From positions 224,001 to 288,000 of the forward strand of contig CAWJQI010000005.1 of the NCBI GenBank assembly GCA_963845085.1: a DNA stretch of 64,000 nucleotides, given 5' to 3'. Shown here one piece after another: positions 1-10,192 of the stretch. The notes below the pieces were generated by a model that was not told the origin of the DNA, ran no database searches, and saw only the letters and a program-made list of their open reading frames with translations. The DNA comes from Candidatus Fermentibacterota bacterium. GTDB lineage: Bacteria; Fermentibacterota; Fermentibacteria; Fermentibacterales; JCC-6. The translations under genes and the position numbers were made by a program. Within the stretch, counting starts at the first letter, position 1. Every line of letters begins with the position of its first letter.

Positions 1-289
1 TGACCAGTGGAACGAAGGGCGAAAACAGGGCAGCGGCCGACTGACCCTCCCCGCAGTGGGCGCAGATAACGTCCGGATGAGTTTTCCGCAGCCGAAGCAT
101 GAATCCCCAGACACTGCAGGGGATAACACTATCAACACCAGCGGAAACAGCCATTTCCGCGACAGACCCAACTGCGGGAACCTGCAGCAATACCCTGTGA
201 CCGAGCTTCTGCAGCACGAGTGCCTGCATCGCAGCTCCCTGGGCCAGCGCGTTCCACCATTTGCAGTTCGCAGTGACGATCACCCTCAA
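1..289 (-). CDS. glycosyltransferase family 4-like protein, N-terminal part (runs off the window edge)
   Basis: Manually translated from TTG at 289 with upstream GGAGGG: MRVIVTANCKWWNALAQGAAMQALVLQKLGHRVLL...HPDVICAH. This fits a GT-B N-terminal domain (L..LGH.V, PDVI.AH). Not in the ORF track. Confidence 0.6.
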   Translation of the reverse strand, partial: MRVIVTANCKWWNALAQGAAMQALVLQKLGHRVLLQVPAVGSVAEMAVSAGVDSVIPCSVWGFMLRLRKTHPDVICAHCGEGQSAAALFSPFVPLV

Positions 290-355
290 GGCTTGCCCTC
301 CTTCAGAACGGTTTTATACTGCACCCAGCGGGGGATGAAAACACCGGGAGGACGG

Positions 356-1507
356 ATGAGGGCTTCAAACAGGATGAACGCGGTGCACATGCCGCCTATC
401 CACCCCATGATGAACAGAATCCGCGAGATGCGCAGGCATGGCGAGAAAGTGTTCTCGATGGCTCAGGCCGTTCCCTGGTTCGGGCCTCCCGAGCGGGCGC
501 TTCAGGCCCTCATGCAGCGGGCAGGGGAACCGTTCACCCATCTCTACAGCCCCGACCCGGGCCTTGATTCCACCCGCCGTGCGCTGGCTGACGATCTTGC
601 CCGGCGACGCGGCATCGAAGTCGATCCGGATACTGAGCTTCATCTCACCTGCGGAGCCAGTCAGGCATTTCTGGGCGCTCTGCTCTCGGTCGCGGACCAG
701 GGTGACAGGGTCATCGTCATTGAACCCTATTACTTCGACCACATGTTCGCCATTCAGTTTTCCGGCATCCAGCCCGACATTGTGTCAATGCGCGAGACCG
801 GGGGCTGGGAGTTTCCCTGGGAGCAGGTCTCCCGGAGGATCCCGGGGGCAAAAGCACTGGTCCTGGTCAATCCCGGCAACCCGACGGGTGCAGTGCTTTC
901 CGAGGGCGAGCTGAAGGAACTTGCGGCGGCCACTGAGAATCACGGGTGCGCGCTTCTTATCGATGAGACCTACGAACGTTTCAATTTCTCGGGAAGCAGC
1001 TGGCACCCCTGGAAGGAGGAAAAGGTCGGGCACGTTCTCACCCTGGGCAGCTTCTCCAAAAGCTTCGGCATCTCCGGCTGGAGGCTCGGATACCTGTTCG
1101 GCCCCGGCAACCTTCTTGGCGAGGCCCTGAAGGTGCAGGATTCGGTGGTCATCTGCCCGCCGACACCGGCACAGATCCTGCTCGAGGAGTGCCTGAGGAT
1201 AGATGGCTTCTCCGAGCTGAAGGCCGCAGGCGTACTGGCTCGGCTGAATTCTTGCAGGAAGGCGCTGGAGCATGCCGAAGGTCTTGCGTGGCGCGAAGCC
1301 GGAGGCGGTTTCTTCACACTAGCCGCGTGCCCGGGCAGGAACAGCTACGAGGTTTCCGAGCAGCTTCTGTCGCAATACAGGATCGGCACAATTCCGGGTG
1401 GGGCGTTCGGGGCTGCAGGCGAGGGACACGTTCGGATCAGCTTCGGCTGTCTGCCGGACCACCTGCTGTCGGAAGCCATGGATGCCCTGGCATCGGTGAG
1501 GCTTTGA
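356..1507 (+). CDS. PLP-dependent aminotransferase class I/II
   Basis: Motifs NPGNPTG, IDETY, SFSKSFGISGWRLG (PLP lysine) and GHVRISF. Start moved to ATG 356 after GGAG RBS. Confidence 0.9.
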   Translation: MRASNRMNAVHMPPIHPMMNRIREMRRHGEKVFSMAQAVPWFGPPERALQALMQRAGEPFTHLYSPDPGLDSTRRALADDLARRRGIEVDPDTELHLTCGASQAFLGALLSVADQGDRVIVIEPYYFDHMFAIQFSGIQPDIVSMRETGGWEFPWEQVSRRIPGAKALVLVNPGNPTGAVLSEGELKELAAATENHGCALLIDETYERFNFSGSSWHPWKEEKVGHVLTLGSFSKSFGISGWRLGYLFGPGNLLGEALKVQDSVVICPPTPAQILLEECLRIDGFSELKAAGVLARLNSCRKALEHAEGLAWREAGGGFFTLAACPGRNSYEVSEQLLSQYRIGTIPGGAFGAAGEGHVRISFGCLPDHLLSEAMDALASVRL

Positions 1508-1547
1508 TCAGGATGCAGTCAATACACCAATGAGGAAAGGGGGAAGC

Positions 1548-3020
1548 ATGAAGCTTTCCATCGCCCTGATGATCTTCGTTTCAGTCATTTCAACTCTCGC
1601 AGCCGAGCCGGTTTCAGTCTCGACCGCCCGGCAGGCGGCTGAAGGCAGGGTCGCCCGGGACGGACACACCGGCACCCACACAATATCCGCGGTCATCCCA
1701 GTCGAAAATGCCGCCTCGCAGCCTCTCGCCTACCTGTTCGAACTCAGCCCGACCGGATATGTCGTGACCTCTGCCGATGGCGACCTGCCTCCCGTGATAG
1801 CCTACTCATATGAGAACGGCTGCGCCGTTGATGAATCCGGGAGCAACCCCCTCCTTGAAATGGTCATCACCGACATGGGGCTTCGCCTGTCGGTGATTGA
1901 CCAGGCACCCGAGGGGCTGATCCGCCTTCACCGGGCAATGTGGGATGAGTACCTGTCCGGCAGGTTGGGTGTCTCCTCTCCTGCGCTGTTTGAGCAATGG
2001 CCACCCGAGGGCAGCACCCCGACAGGCGGATGGCTCATGGAGAACTGGCACCAGGGCGCGCCCTTCAACCAGTACTGCCCGATGGACCTGATCGCGGGCG
2101 CCAGAAGCGTGGCGGGCTGCCCGGCCGTCGCCATGGGCATGATCGTGAACCTCGGCGAGACCACGAACGGCACAAGGTTCGACGATGACGATGACTATTA
2201 CCACAACTACCACGAGTACTACTGGATCGACGACGACTTCGTTGCCCATGATTTCCCGTCCTGGACCGAACTGAACGGCTACATGGACATCATCGACTCC
2301 CACTACGCTGCTCAGACACCGCTCGCAGACTCGGACAAGGCAGCTCTCGTCTACGCGTGCGGTGCTGCATGCAGGCAGGTCTACACGGCATCTGTCTCCG
2401 GCACCTTCGGTGTGGATCAGGCCTACGAAGCATACCTCAGGTTCGACTTCGACGAGTGTCTCCTGATGTACGCATCCTCCGACAGCCTCTATGAAAAACT
2501 CTCACAGAACATGATGGATGCGATGCCGGCTCACCTCGCCATTGTGGATGCAGGGCCGACCTACGGCCACAACGTCGTTCTCGACGGTTACAATACCGAC
2601 GAATTCTACCACATCAACTTCGGCTGGAACGGCCCCTACAACGGCTGGTACCAGTTCCCCCTCACTGAAATGCCGTATGAAATGAACATCATCGAGGGGA
2701 TCATTCTGGACATCGGCGACGGTCAGCTTTCTGCAGATGAGGGTGCTGCCGGGGGTCTTCCCATGATCTCACTTGCGCCGGGATCGAATCCCGCTGCAAC
2801 GCCGGTTCAGCTGAGAATGACTCTGAGCCAGGAATCACAGGTCACGATCAGGGTCTACGACATCTCAGGGCACCTCGTCGACACCGTTGCGGGGGCTGCC
2901 TTCAGCGCGGGAACCCATGATCTGGCATGGAACGCGTCGAACGCATCGAGCGGGGTCTACTTCCTCGTTGCCTCCGGACCCTGGGGCGCAAGCACCCTCC
3001 GCTTCACACTGTTGCCGTAG
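1548..3020 (+). CDS. peptidase C10 (streptopain/SpeB-like) with propeptide and T9SS type A-like CTD
   Basis: Signal peptide; propeptide GYVVTSADGDLPPVIAYS; WHQGAPFNQYCP, AGCPAVAMG (catalytic Cys), GHNVVLDGY, YHINFGW; C-terminal VYDISGHLV...SGVYF. Confidence 0.85.
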   Translation: MKLSIALMIFVSVISTLAAEPVSVSTARQAAEGRVARDGHTGTHTISAVIPVENAASQPLAYLFELSPTGYVVTSADGDLPPVIAYSYENGCAVDESGSNPLLEMVITDMGLRLSVIDQAPEGLIRLHRAMWDEYLSGRLGVSSPALFEQWPPEGSTPTGGWLMENWHQGAPFNQYCPMDLIAGARSVAGCPAVAMGMIVNLGETTNGTRFDDDDDYYHNYHEYYWIDDDFVAHDFPSWTELNGYMDIIDSHYAAQTPLADSDKAALVYACGAACRQVYTASVSGTFGVDQAYEAYLRFDFDECLLMYASSDSLYEKLSQNMMDAMPAHLAIVDAGPTYGHNVVLDGYNTDEFYHINFGWNGPYNGWYQFPLTEMPYEMNIIEGIILDIGDGQLSADEGAAGGLPMISLAPGSNPAATPVQLRMTLSQESQVTIRVYDISGHLVDTVAGAAFSAGTHDLAWNASNASSGVYFLVASGPWGASTLRFTLLP

Positions 3021-3029
3021 TGCTGCGGG

Positions 3030-3872
3030 ATGGGCGGGTCGAAGGGAGCCTCAAACCTAAGGCTGCTTCTTGGAAAGGTGTATCACATTCTGAGGAGGAC
3101 CGGATACTGGTACCTCTCCGGAACCGATTTCGCCTCTGAACGACCCGCCCATCACCTGCCCCATACCGTTTTTTCGCATCGCACCCCGCTTCTGAGAGAT
3201 TTGCGCTCAGTTGACATGTGGTTGCAATACAATAAGATAACTAACCTCAGGATTGCGGTCGAACAACTTGACGGGCTCGTTGTCAGATCAGGCCAGGTAT
3301 TCTCATTCTGGCGGCAGGTCGGAAAACCAACCGCTGGAAGGGGGTTTCTGCCGGGCATGGTCCTGTGCCGCGGCAGGGTCATTCCGGGAACCGGCGGGGG
3401 ACTCTGCCAGCTGTCCAACCTGATCTACTGGATGACCCTGCACACCCCGATGACCGTCCTCGAGCGCTGGCGGCACGGGTACGACGTCTTTCCCGACGCG
3501 GACAGGGAACAGCCTTTTGGAAGCGGCGCCACCTGCGCATATCCCGCCATAGATCTGAGGATGAGGAATGGAACGTGCTCAACCTTCCAGCTGCAGCTTG
3601 AGGTGACAAAAACGCACCTTTGCGGAAGCTGGGTGAGCGATCAAAAGCCAGCGGTGGTCTACAGGGTCATTGAGGCGGATCACAGGTTCACGCAGGAAAG
3701 CTGGGGCGGTTATACACGCCACAACAGACTCTACCGGCAGGTGCTCGATCCACTGACCGGTGAAAAGCTTGGCGAAGAGTTCATAACGGAAAACCATGCA
3801 CTCATGATGTACAGCCCCCTGATCGCAGCGCCACGGGAACAGGGATGCAGTGAGCCGCTGGCGGTACATTGA
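3030..3872 (+). CDS. VanW family protein
   Basis: Motifs KITNLRIA, FSFWRQVG, GGGLCQLSN, ERWRHGYD, FGSGAT, DLR. Confidence 0.85.
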   Translation: MGGSKGASNLRLLLGKVYHILRRTGYWYLSGTDFASERPAHHLPHTVFSHRTPLLRDLRSVDMWLQYNKITNLRIAVEQLDGLVVRSGQVFSFWRQVGKPTAGRGFLPGMVLCRGRVIPGTGGGLCQLSNLIYWMTLHTPMTVLERWRHGYDVFPDADREQPFGSGATCAYPAIDLRMRNGTCSTFQLQLEVTKTHLCGSWVSDQKPAVVYRVIEADHRFTQESWGGYTRHNRLYRQVLDPLTGEKLGEEFITENHALMMYSPLIAAPREQGCSEPLAVH

Positions 3873-3942
3873 CGCAATTGCCCACTTTGCACAGTATTGC
3901 GGCCATCACGCCACCGAACAGCACAACCGTTGGAGGATCAGG

Positions 3943-4182
3943 ATGCAGCATGTCATGGGAATTCTGCCGTTTCTCATCATGATGGGGGTTTATTCCGTTC
4001 TCTCGATCGTCTTCGCCTTCGTACGTCCCCCCCATTTCCTTGAGGGGATCTTCAAGGTTCCCGGAATCTTCTCCTTTCTGCCCGACAATCTTGTCATGCC
4101 GGTCGGCAGGATATTTGTCGGCCTCTGCGGCATTGCCGTGATAGTGATCCTGGTGGTGCAGCTCACATCAATTCCAGCCTGA
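3943..4182 (+). CDS. small membrane protein
   Basis: GGAGG RBS before ATG 3943; two hydrophobic segments. Confidence 0.6.
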   Translation: MQHVMGILPFLIMMGVYSVLSIVFAFVRPPHFLEGIFKVPGIFSFLPDNLVMPVGRIFVGLCGIAVIVILVVQLTSIPA

Positions 4183-4210
4183 ACAGGCCGTGCACTCCCC
4201 TCGCAGGGCT

Positions 4211-5242
4211 TTACCGAACTGTGGGTGCAGCCCCTCCGGGTGAAAGGGCGGGGAGCATTCTCATCAATGTCGCGTTGAGATGAAAATGGCATGTACCCTG
4301 AACCCCGGTACTCAGAGCGACCTCGACCTGTGATGCCGCCTCATCGGCTGACACATCCAGCGCGCCGATGCTCGATCCAAGTCCGCAGACCGTGAAAAAG
4401 CCCGGAGGCAGCAGCTGCATCTGTTCGGACAGCGCTGCTTCCAGTTCAGCGGTCGTGGCGAAGTAGTTCATAGGGTAAAGCCTGTCCAGCAGTCCGGTTC
4501 CGCACCATTGCACCCAGTCCTGACCGCAGGCCAGAGCATCGGAACGGTCCGGCAGAACGGCTGCCGACACGACAGGGAGACGTGACCGTACGAGACTGGA
4601 GAAGACAGTCACGGCATGTGTAATGCGTTCAGCCCTCCAAACGAGGTATTGGTCACGGAGGGGGCCGGCGGGTGAGACGTCTTCCGGCCAGGTTGCCACG
4701 GCAAGTCCGGTCTGTTCGGTGAATCGCTCCCGGCAGCCCTCACAGTAACAGGTGTTGCTGTTGGGGAACCTCACATAGTCGAGCTGCACACCATCAAGAG
4801 GAAAACGGTCCATCATTTCTCCGATGAGTGAGGCCTCGAGATCAAGGTTCCGTGGATCAGTGGGACACAGCCATGGCAATGTATCGCCATCGATGCTCAC
4901 CTGAAGCCTTCCTTCCCCGGCAAGGCGTTCGAGCAGCGCGCTGTCTGCGTTTGAGGCCTTCCAGAGCACGACCCATGCATGAACCTCCAGTCCGCGCTCC
5001 GTGCATTCCGTGAGAAGGTTGTCGACCCAGGCGGTGTCCGCGGGAAAAACGGGTGAGTCGGGCACCAGCTCCGAACGGTATGCAGGGGTGATGCCGTAGA
5101 GAAGACATGGAAGGACGTGGTCGACTCCCGCCTCCAGAAGGCTTGATGCGGTTGTTTCCCAGTCACCCGGGTATCCCTTCGCAACCCAGACTCCGAGAAC
5201 CGGATCACCCATGGCGCAAAGGGCAAGTGCAAGTTGGATCAA
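4211..5242 (-). CDS. family 10 glycosylhydrolase-like protein (GHL10/DUF187, YddW-like)
   Basis: Motifs GLEVHAW, WLCPTDP, DGVQLDYVRFP, QDWVQW, PMNY. Confidence 0.8.
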   Translation of the reverse strand: MIQLALALCAMGDPVLGVWVAKGYPGDWETTASSLLEAGVDHVLPCLLYGITPAYRSELVPDSPVFPADTAWVDNLLTECTERGLEVHAWVVLWKASNADSALLERLAGEGRLQVSIDGDTLPWLCPTDPRNLDLEASLIGEMMDRFPLDGVQLDYVRFPNSNTCYCEGCRERFTEQTGLAVATWPEDVSPAGPLRDQYLVWRAERITHAVTVFSSLVRSRLPVVSAAVLPDRSDALACGQDWVQWCGTGLLDRLYPMNYFATTAELEAALSEQMQLLPPGFFTVCGLGSSIGALDVSADEAASQVEVALSTGVQGTCHFHLNATLMRMLPALSPGGAAPTVR

Positions 5243-5285
5243 ATCATCCTTTTCGGTCGGGGAAGCCGCAATGTAAAGCCCGACC

Positions 5286-5828
5286 TCAATCCGAGGCCTT
5301 GGCTGCTTCCTTCAACAACCTGCGATACAAGCTTTTCGCCTGTTTGAAGAACATGTTGAACCTGCCGTCAATGAAGTCGGGAAAGCTGTGATCGGGGCCG
5401 CAGAAATCTCCGAAACGGTACCTGAGGCACGTGTGGGCCCACACACCAGCACCCATGTAGATCTTGTCGGGCGCCTGTTTGAAGCTTGCAAGCACGAGTT
5501 TGCCGTGGTCAAGGTAACCCGGATCGAGGTTCACCGTTCTCCCCGCCCCGCGGGATCGGGAATTCTCCAGAACGTAACAGAAATTCTTCCAGTCAGGCAG
5601 TTCAGAGGCATCCCGGAGAATTTCAAAGCAAAGCCACACCCTTGCGAGCCCCCCACCCATCTCCGGCCCGTAGTAATCGCTCATGTCAAAGGCAAACGGT
5701 TCGCTGCGCAGCGCAATGTCCCCGAATCGGCGGCAAAGATCGGGTTCTACATCCCTGAGGGATTCCGGCGAACCTGTGAGGACACTTACCACCGGAAGCA
5801 CGGGAAGGACCTTCTCAGGACCCGACAT
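5286..5828 (-). CDS. DUF4416 family protein
   Basis: Motifs YYGPEMG, RTVNLDPGYL, KLVLASFK, FPDF. Confidence 0.8.
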   Translation of the reverse strand: MSGPEKVLPVLPVVSVLTGSPESLRDVEPDLCRRFGDIALRSEPFAFDMSDYYGPEMGGGLARVWLCFEILRDASELPDWKNFCYVLENSRSRGAGRTVNLDPGYLDHGKLVLASFKQAPDKIYMGAGVWAHTCLRYRFGDFCGPDHSFPDFIDGRFNMFFKQAKSLYRRLLKEAAKASD

Positions 5829-6609
5829 GATCCCTCCTCTCCCCCCTCAGCCTGGCGAGTTCCCGCCACGCCTCCACGGCTATGGCTGGATTCAGACCGA
5901 ATGCCTCCTCCACGCCTGTCCCGTAGTCCGATGAGAGCTTCCTGTTCATCTTCGCATTCCGTCCCGCGATCCTGAGGTTGCCGTTATGTGCGCTGAGCCG
6001 GCAATCCGGCAGAGAGATGTTTATGTGCAGGCTGTTCAGCCCCGGGGCGTTGAAGGAATTCCTCCAATACCCAAGAAACTCCTCTCTGGAAAGAATCCTT
6101 CCCTCAAGGTGATATCTCCACAGTCTGCCGCCGTCGTCCTCCTCACTGTGAAGGTCCCATCCATCACCGCTGCGTGTCCAGTAAAGTTTCCTCCCGTGAA
6201 GCTCAAGGGTGCCGCCCTCCGCTTTCAGTTGAACAGGCAGGGGAACGACAAAGCCCGGATCAAGCAGGAACACGCCGTCGCCACTTTCGGCAAGGAGCGC
6301 GCAGTGGATGTTCCTTCCATGCCTCATGTGTCCCGTCAGAGGGCGTACCTTCCAGCCGCAGTCGGCGAGTACGGAAGCCAGCGCTTCGGTGAGCGAGTAA
6401 CAGGTGCCGCCCGTGCCGTCTTCGGCAAAACCCCTGAATACCTCTCCCGGCAGTCTCAGTCTCTCCTCGCCGCGAACCTTCAGAAGGAACTTGGTGAGGT
6501 TCTCCCAGGGGATACGGCTGAATGCGGCAGCGATGTCATGGAGTTTCGCTGCCCCGGATGCGGGGCTAAGCCCGAAATGATCGAAGAATACATCGGCAGG
6601 TCGTTCCAT
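5815..6609 (-). CDS. arylamine N-acetyltransferase family protein
   Basis: IPWENL, GGTCY (Cys), HCALL (His), LDPGF (Asp) catalytic triad. Confidence 0.8.
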   Translation of the reverse strand: MERPADVFFDHFGLSPASGAAKLHDIAAAFSRIPWENLTKFLLKVRGEERLRLPGEVFRGFAEDGTGGTCYSLTEALASVLADCGWKVRPLTGHMRHGRNIHCALLAESGDGVFLLDPGFVVPLPVQLKAEGGTLELHGRKLYWTRSGDGWDLHSEEDDGGRLWRYHLEGRILSREEFLGYWRNSFNAPGLNSLHINISLPDCRLSAHNGNLRIAGRNAKMNRKLSSDYGTGVEEAFGLNPAIAVEAWRELARLRGERRDHVGS

Positions 6610-6751
6610 GATCCAATAATACCTTCACCAGGAGTCTCCGGCATCGTTACCGTAAATGAAGGAACGCGGGCAAGTATCTCATATTTTATTGCATTGCTTC
6701 AATTTACATCAACAATCTATTCTTTCTTAGTCCGTCCCCTATATTGCGGGG

Positions 6752-7699
6752 ATGGAGGAGCGGTACAGAAGCCTGAACGGCTTTCTGAGGGAGACATTCG
6801 GTACGAAGGTGTTCAAGGTCGGCCTGGTTGGCGGGTTCACCTGCCCCAACCGCGACGGAACACTCGGCACCGGCGGGTGCAGCTACTGCAACCCGGAGAG
6901 TTCCCTGCCGCTCGGCCGGATTCCCGGCAGGAGCATTCATGAACAGCTCGAGACGGGAACCGCCTATATCCGGAAGCGGCATGGATCGGGAGCCTTTCTG
7001 GCCTATTTTCAGGACTGCACCACAACCTACGGCGAGACGGGGCGCCTCGAGTCCATGTACCGGGAGGCGCTTGCCTTCCCGGGCGTTGTCGGTCTCTGCC
7101 TCTGCACAAGGCCGGACAGCCTTCCCGAACCGATGCTTGACCTGCTTGAGAGCCTCGCCGAAAAGCACTTCCTGTGGGTCGAGATAGGCGTTCAGAGCGG
7201 AAGCAACGCTACTCTCGAAAGAATGAACAGGGGCCACGACGCCGGGAGGTCACTGCAGGCGTTCCGGGCTCTTCATGGCCGCGGCATCCGCTCGGGAGCG
7301 CATGTGATACTCGGGTACCCCGGGGAAACACACGATGAGGCAATGGCCACGGCCGGGCTGGTCAACGAATCGGGAACATCGGGTGTAAAGGTTCAGAACC
7401 TGCACGTTGTGCGGAACACACCGCTCGAAAGGCAGTACCGGGAGGAAGGCTTCACCCTTCCGTCGCGGGAGGATTACGCTTCGCTTGCCGTGGATTTCCT
7501 TGAAAGGCTCAACCCTGAAACCGTCATCCTGCGCCTGACAGGCGAGGCCCCGGCCCACCTGACCGTGGCGCCCTACTGGAGCATCAATAAAATGGCGGTC
7601 CTGCAGGCTGTCAGAACGGAACTGGAGCACAGAAACACATTTCAGGGAAGGCTCTGCTCCGGTGCTGAGCAGGTCCGGCTTCAGTCGACCCTGCGGTAG
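6752..7699 (+). CDS. TIGR01212/YhcC-family radical SAM protein
   Basis: Motifs GFTCPNRDGTLGTGGCSYC, LAYFQ, TRPD, EIGVQS, NRGH, HVILGYPGE. Confidence 0.9.
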   Translation: MEERYRSLNGFLRETFGTKVFKVGLVGGFTCPNRDGTLGTGGCSYCNPESSLPLGRIPGRSIHEQLETGTAYIRKRHGSGAFLAYFQDCTTTYGETGRLESMYREALAFPGVVGLCLCTRPDSLPEPMLDLLESLAEKHFLWVEIGVQSGSNATLERMNRGHDAGRSLQAFRALHGRGIRSGAHVILGYPGETHDEAMATAGLVNESGTSGVKVQNLHVVRNTPLERQYREEGFTLPSREDYASLAVDFLERLNPETVILRLTGEAPAHLTVAPYWSINKMAVLQAVRTELEHRNTFQGRLCSGAEQVRLQSTLR

Positions 7700-8181
7700 A
7701 GGCTTCCCTTCGTCCCGCACACAGGGCAGACTTCCGGGGCTTCCTTGCCCGCGGTATGGCCGCAGACGGGGCACACGAAGTATGAGTACAGGTCCGCCCC
7801 GGGTTCGTCCATGGTTTCAAGAAGACCCTTGTAGAGGTTGGCATGGATCTTCTCCACCGCGTTGGCGAACTCGAAGGAGCGAAGCGCCTGTTTGTCACCC
7901 TCGGCACGGGCGGTTTCGATCATCTCAGGGTACATGTGCTTGAACTCGTGGGTCTCTCCGGCAATGGCCTCTTCCAGGTTCTCACGTGTTCCATGAACGC
8001 CCCCCATGGCCCTGAGATGGGCGTGGGCGTGAACGGTTTCCGCTTCGGCGGCGGCCCGGAAAAGCCTTGCCACCTGGGGAAATCCTTCCTTGTCAGCCTT
8101 CTCGGCAAAGGCAAGGTATTTTCTGTTCGCCTGGGATTCCCCGGCAAAGGCTTCCAACAGGCGATCCAAGGTTTCGCTCAT
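7681..8181 (-). CDS. rbr: rubrerythrin
   Basis: AFAGESQANRKY, AETVHA, GETHE, EKIHA; C-terminal rubredoxin-like CPVCG...CPVCG; GGAGG RBS before ATG 8181. Confidence 0.92.
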   Translation of the reverse strand: MSETLDRLLEAFAGESQANRKYLAFAEKADKEGFPQVARLFRAAAEAETVHAHAHLRAMGGVHGTRENLEEAIAGETHEFKHMYPEMIETARAEGDKQALRSFEFANAVEKIHANLYKGLLETMDEPGADLYSYFVCPVCGHTAGKEAPEVCPVCGTKGSLYRRVD

Positions 8182-8290
8182 TGCGTCCTCCAGTGCTTGG
8201 CGTAGCGAAAAGCATGAAAAAAATCCGCAGGGAACACTGCAATATGCATCATTTCCATTTTCAAAAAACCCCCGGCGGGAATCCCCCCAC

Positions 8291-8748
8291 TCATGGGGGC
8301 GTTCCTGCCGGGTCGGGGTAGAACACCACCATCCACAGACGACCGGAGTTCCGGTCCAGCGCGCAGAGCCACGCGTTCGTCTCCCCCCTGCCGCTCCGGT
8401 ACAGAAGGCTTGCATTTCCCGGTATCTCGTTGTTTTCCGGTCTTAGAAACTCGATCCACGGTTCAACGGCCACGGTAGTATCACTGAACCCGTTCACCTC
8501 CGTGAACTCGTCCACCGATCGGTCGGGCAGCCGAATGTGTGCCGAGGTGTAGAACTCGCCGCCGTCGAATACATCTATTTCTGAACAACCCTGGGGCAGG
8601 TCGATGCCCGAGGCTTCGGTGATGAACGAAAGGGCAGCGGAACGCGAGATGTCGCGGCAGAGCAGTACGATCGCCATGAATACCGCACCTGCAAGCGCGG
8701 CTGCAAGCACCGGCACCCTGAGGTTCATTCGCACGTTCCCACGCTTCA
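8291..8748 (-). CDS. hypothetical membrane-anchored protein
   Basis: N-terminal hydrophobic helix followed by a globular region; start uncertain. Confidence 0.55.
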
Positions 8749-8792
8749 TGGAAGCAACCTTCCAGTATCCGCCCTGTTCGAAAACGGAACTC

Positions 8793-9572
8793 CTAACAAA
8801 GCTGTACCCCCAGACTGCAAAGAAGGTCCGAAAGGGCTGGATAGTGGCTTCCCTTCCAGTAGACGGCCCCGCAGCCGGAGCATTGTCGAAACTCATGATA
8901 ATACAATCTCGTCAATGGTTGAAGCCTTTCAAGAACGCTCTCCCTGGAAACCTGTTCAAGCAGTCCGGAACATGACGCACAGCGGCCGAAGGGCCTTACA
9001 CGGCTTCTTATGTCAAATCTGTCAAGAACTTCGCGGGCCTGTTCCACAGGATTTCTGCTGCGGATGCAACAGCCGTGGACCACGATCCCCCTCTTCAGAA
9101 GCATTCTGTCACAGGTGAGAAGGATCCTGCCCTCCGATGCGGAAATACCGGCGAGCACACCGTCGTCGACATCCCCGGGAAAGAGTGCGTCGAAACCAAG
9201 CAGCCTGAGGATAACCGCGAGTTTTCCGAGGTGAACGTCGAGAACAAAACTTGTCCTGTCCGGCGGCTCGGGGCGCAGGCGGAATTCCCGTGGCAACTCG
9301 AGCGCCGCGAAAGCCGGATATATGCTTATCCTGTCGCCGGGGGCGACGTGCGTTTCGAAACCGGCGGAACTTCCGTTACGGATGATCAGATCTATCTCGG
9401 TGTGTGGTATGCCGGCGGATTCCACGAGATGCTTCAGGTTGTTTCCCCCGGTCATCGGGTACGGGAATTCCCTGTGTCGAAGAGCAGCGGGAAGAAAATC
9501 GTTCAGCCCGGCGTAAGCCCGGATCAGAACGGACCCCGGGGTTTCACCGGTCCCTGAAGGCTTTCCGGTCAT
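8793..9572 (-). CDS. Mut7-C RNase (PIN) domain protein with N-terminal ubiquitin-like domain
   Basis: LNDFLP, GIPHTEID, FVLDVHLGKLA..LRLLGFD, RC..C...C..C..VYWKGSH. Confidence 0.88.
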   Translation of the reverse strand: MTGKPSGTGETPGSVLIRAYAGLNDFLPAALRHREFPYPMTGGNNLKHLVESAGIPHTEIDLIIRNGSSAGFETHVAPGDRISIYPAFAALELPREFRLRPEPPDRTSFVLDVHLGKLAVILRLLGFDALFPGDVDDGVLAGISASEGRILLTCDRMLLKRGIVVHGCCIRSRNPVEQAREVLDRFDIRSRVRPFGRCASCSGLLEQVSRESVLERLQPLTRLYYHEFRQCSGCGAVYWKGSHYPALSDLLCSLGVQLC

Positions 9573-10180
9573 GGAGCCAGTTCACCGCCCAACCCTTCCA
9601 CCGTCTCACGGGCAATCGTATGAAAGAGGCCGTCGAAGTATTCGCTCTGCGCCTCCCAGACGCAAAGCCATTCCGCTGCCGCTTCAGGGTTCACAAGCGC
9701 CTGGGCGCTGGATTCGAACCGTTCCATCCAGACCGGAAGCCCGGCAGTGCCGATACGTCCCTGCTCCCCGTCAACATAGAAGCCGTCCGACGCGATGGAA
9801 AAGAACAGGAAGGCTTCCGAACCCGGCTCGCTCCTTGTACGGAAATGTGCGACGTTCACGCCGGCATTGTCGGATTCCCCCATCAAAAGTACGGTGATGG
9901 CAGGGGCTGCCCTGTCTCTGTAAAGCAGCCGGGTTTCATCGCTCCCGATCACGAATGCATCGGTCCGCAGGTCCTCGAACTGGCTCTCAAACGCCGGGGA
10001 GAGCGCGATCTCCAGGGCTTCACCGAACAGTTCCTCAAGGCTTTCGGACTCCAGTTCCGCAGTGCCGGACAGGCGGCTGTTCAGTACGTCCACCCTCTCC
10101 CACAGCACCGCATCCTCGACGAAAACACCGGTGTAATAACATGTGAAGGCGGCAAGAAGTACTGAGGCAACGGCGCTCAT
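9569..10180 (-). CDS. hypothetical exported protein
   Basis: Overlaps the downstream gene by 4 nt (ATGA); hydrophobic N-terminus. Confidence 0.55.
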   Translation of the reverse strand: MSAVASVLLAAFTCYYTGVFVEDAVLWERVDVLNSRLSGTAELESESLEELFGEALEIALSPAFESQFEDLRTDAFVIGSDETRLLYRDRAAPAITVLLMGESDNAGVNVAHFRTRSEPGSEAFLFFSIASDGFYVDGEQGRIGTAGLPVWMERFESSAQALVNPEAAAEWLCVWEAQSEYFDGLFHTIARETVEGLGGELAP

Positions 10181-10192
10181 TTGTGTGACCTC

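Noticed and set aside
3030..3872. VanW as evidence of vancomycin resistance
   Set aside because: VanW-like genes are widespread, and no vanHAX/vanRS genes are present.
8235..8265. Possible Fur/PerR box upstream of rubrerythrin
   Set aside because: AT-rich but with poor palindromic match; cannot be supported.
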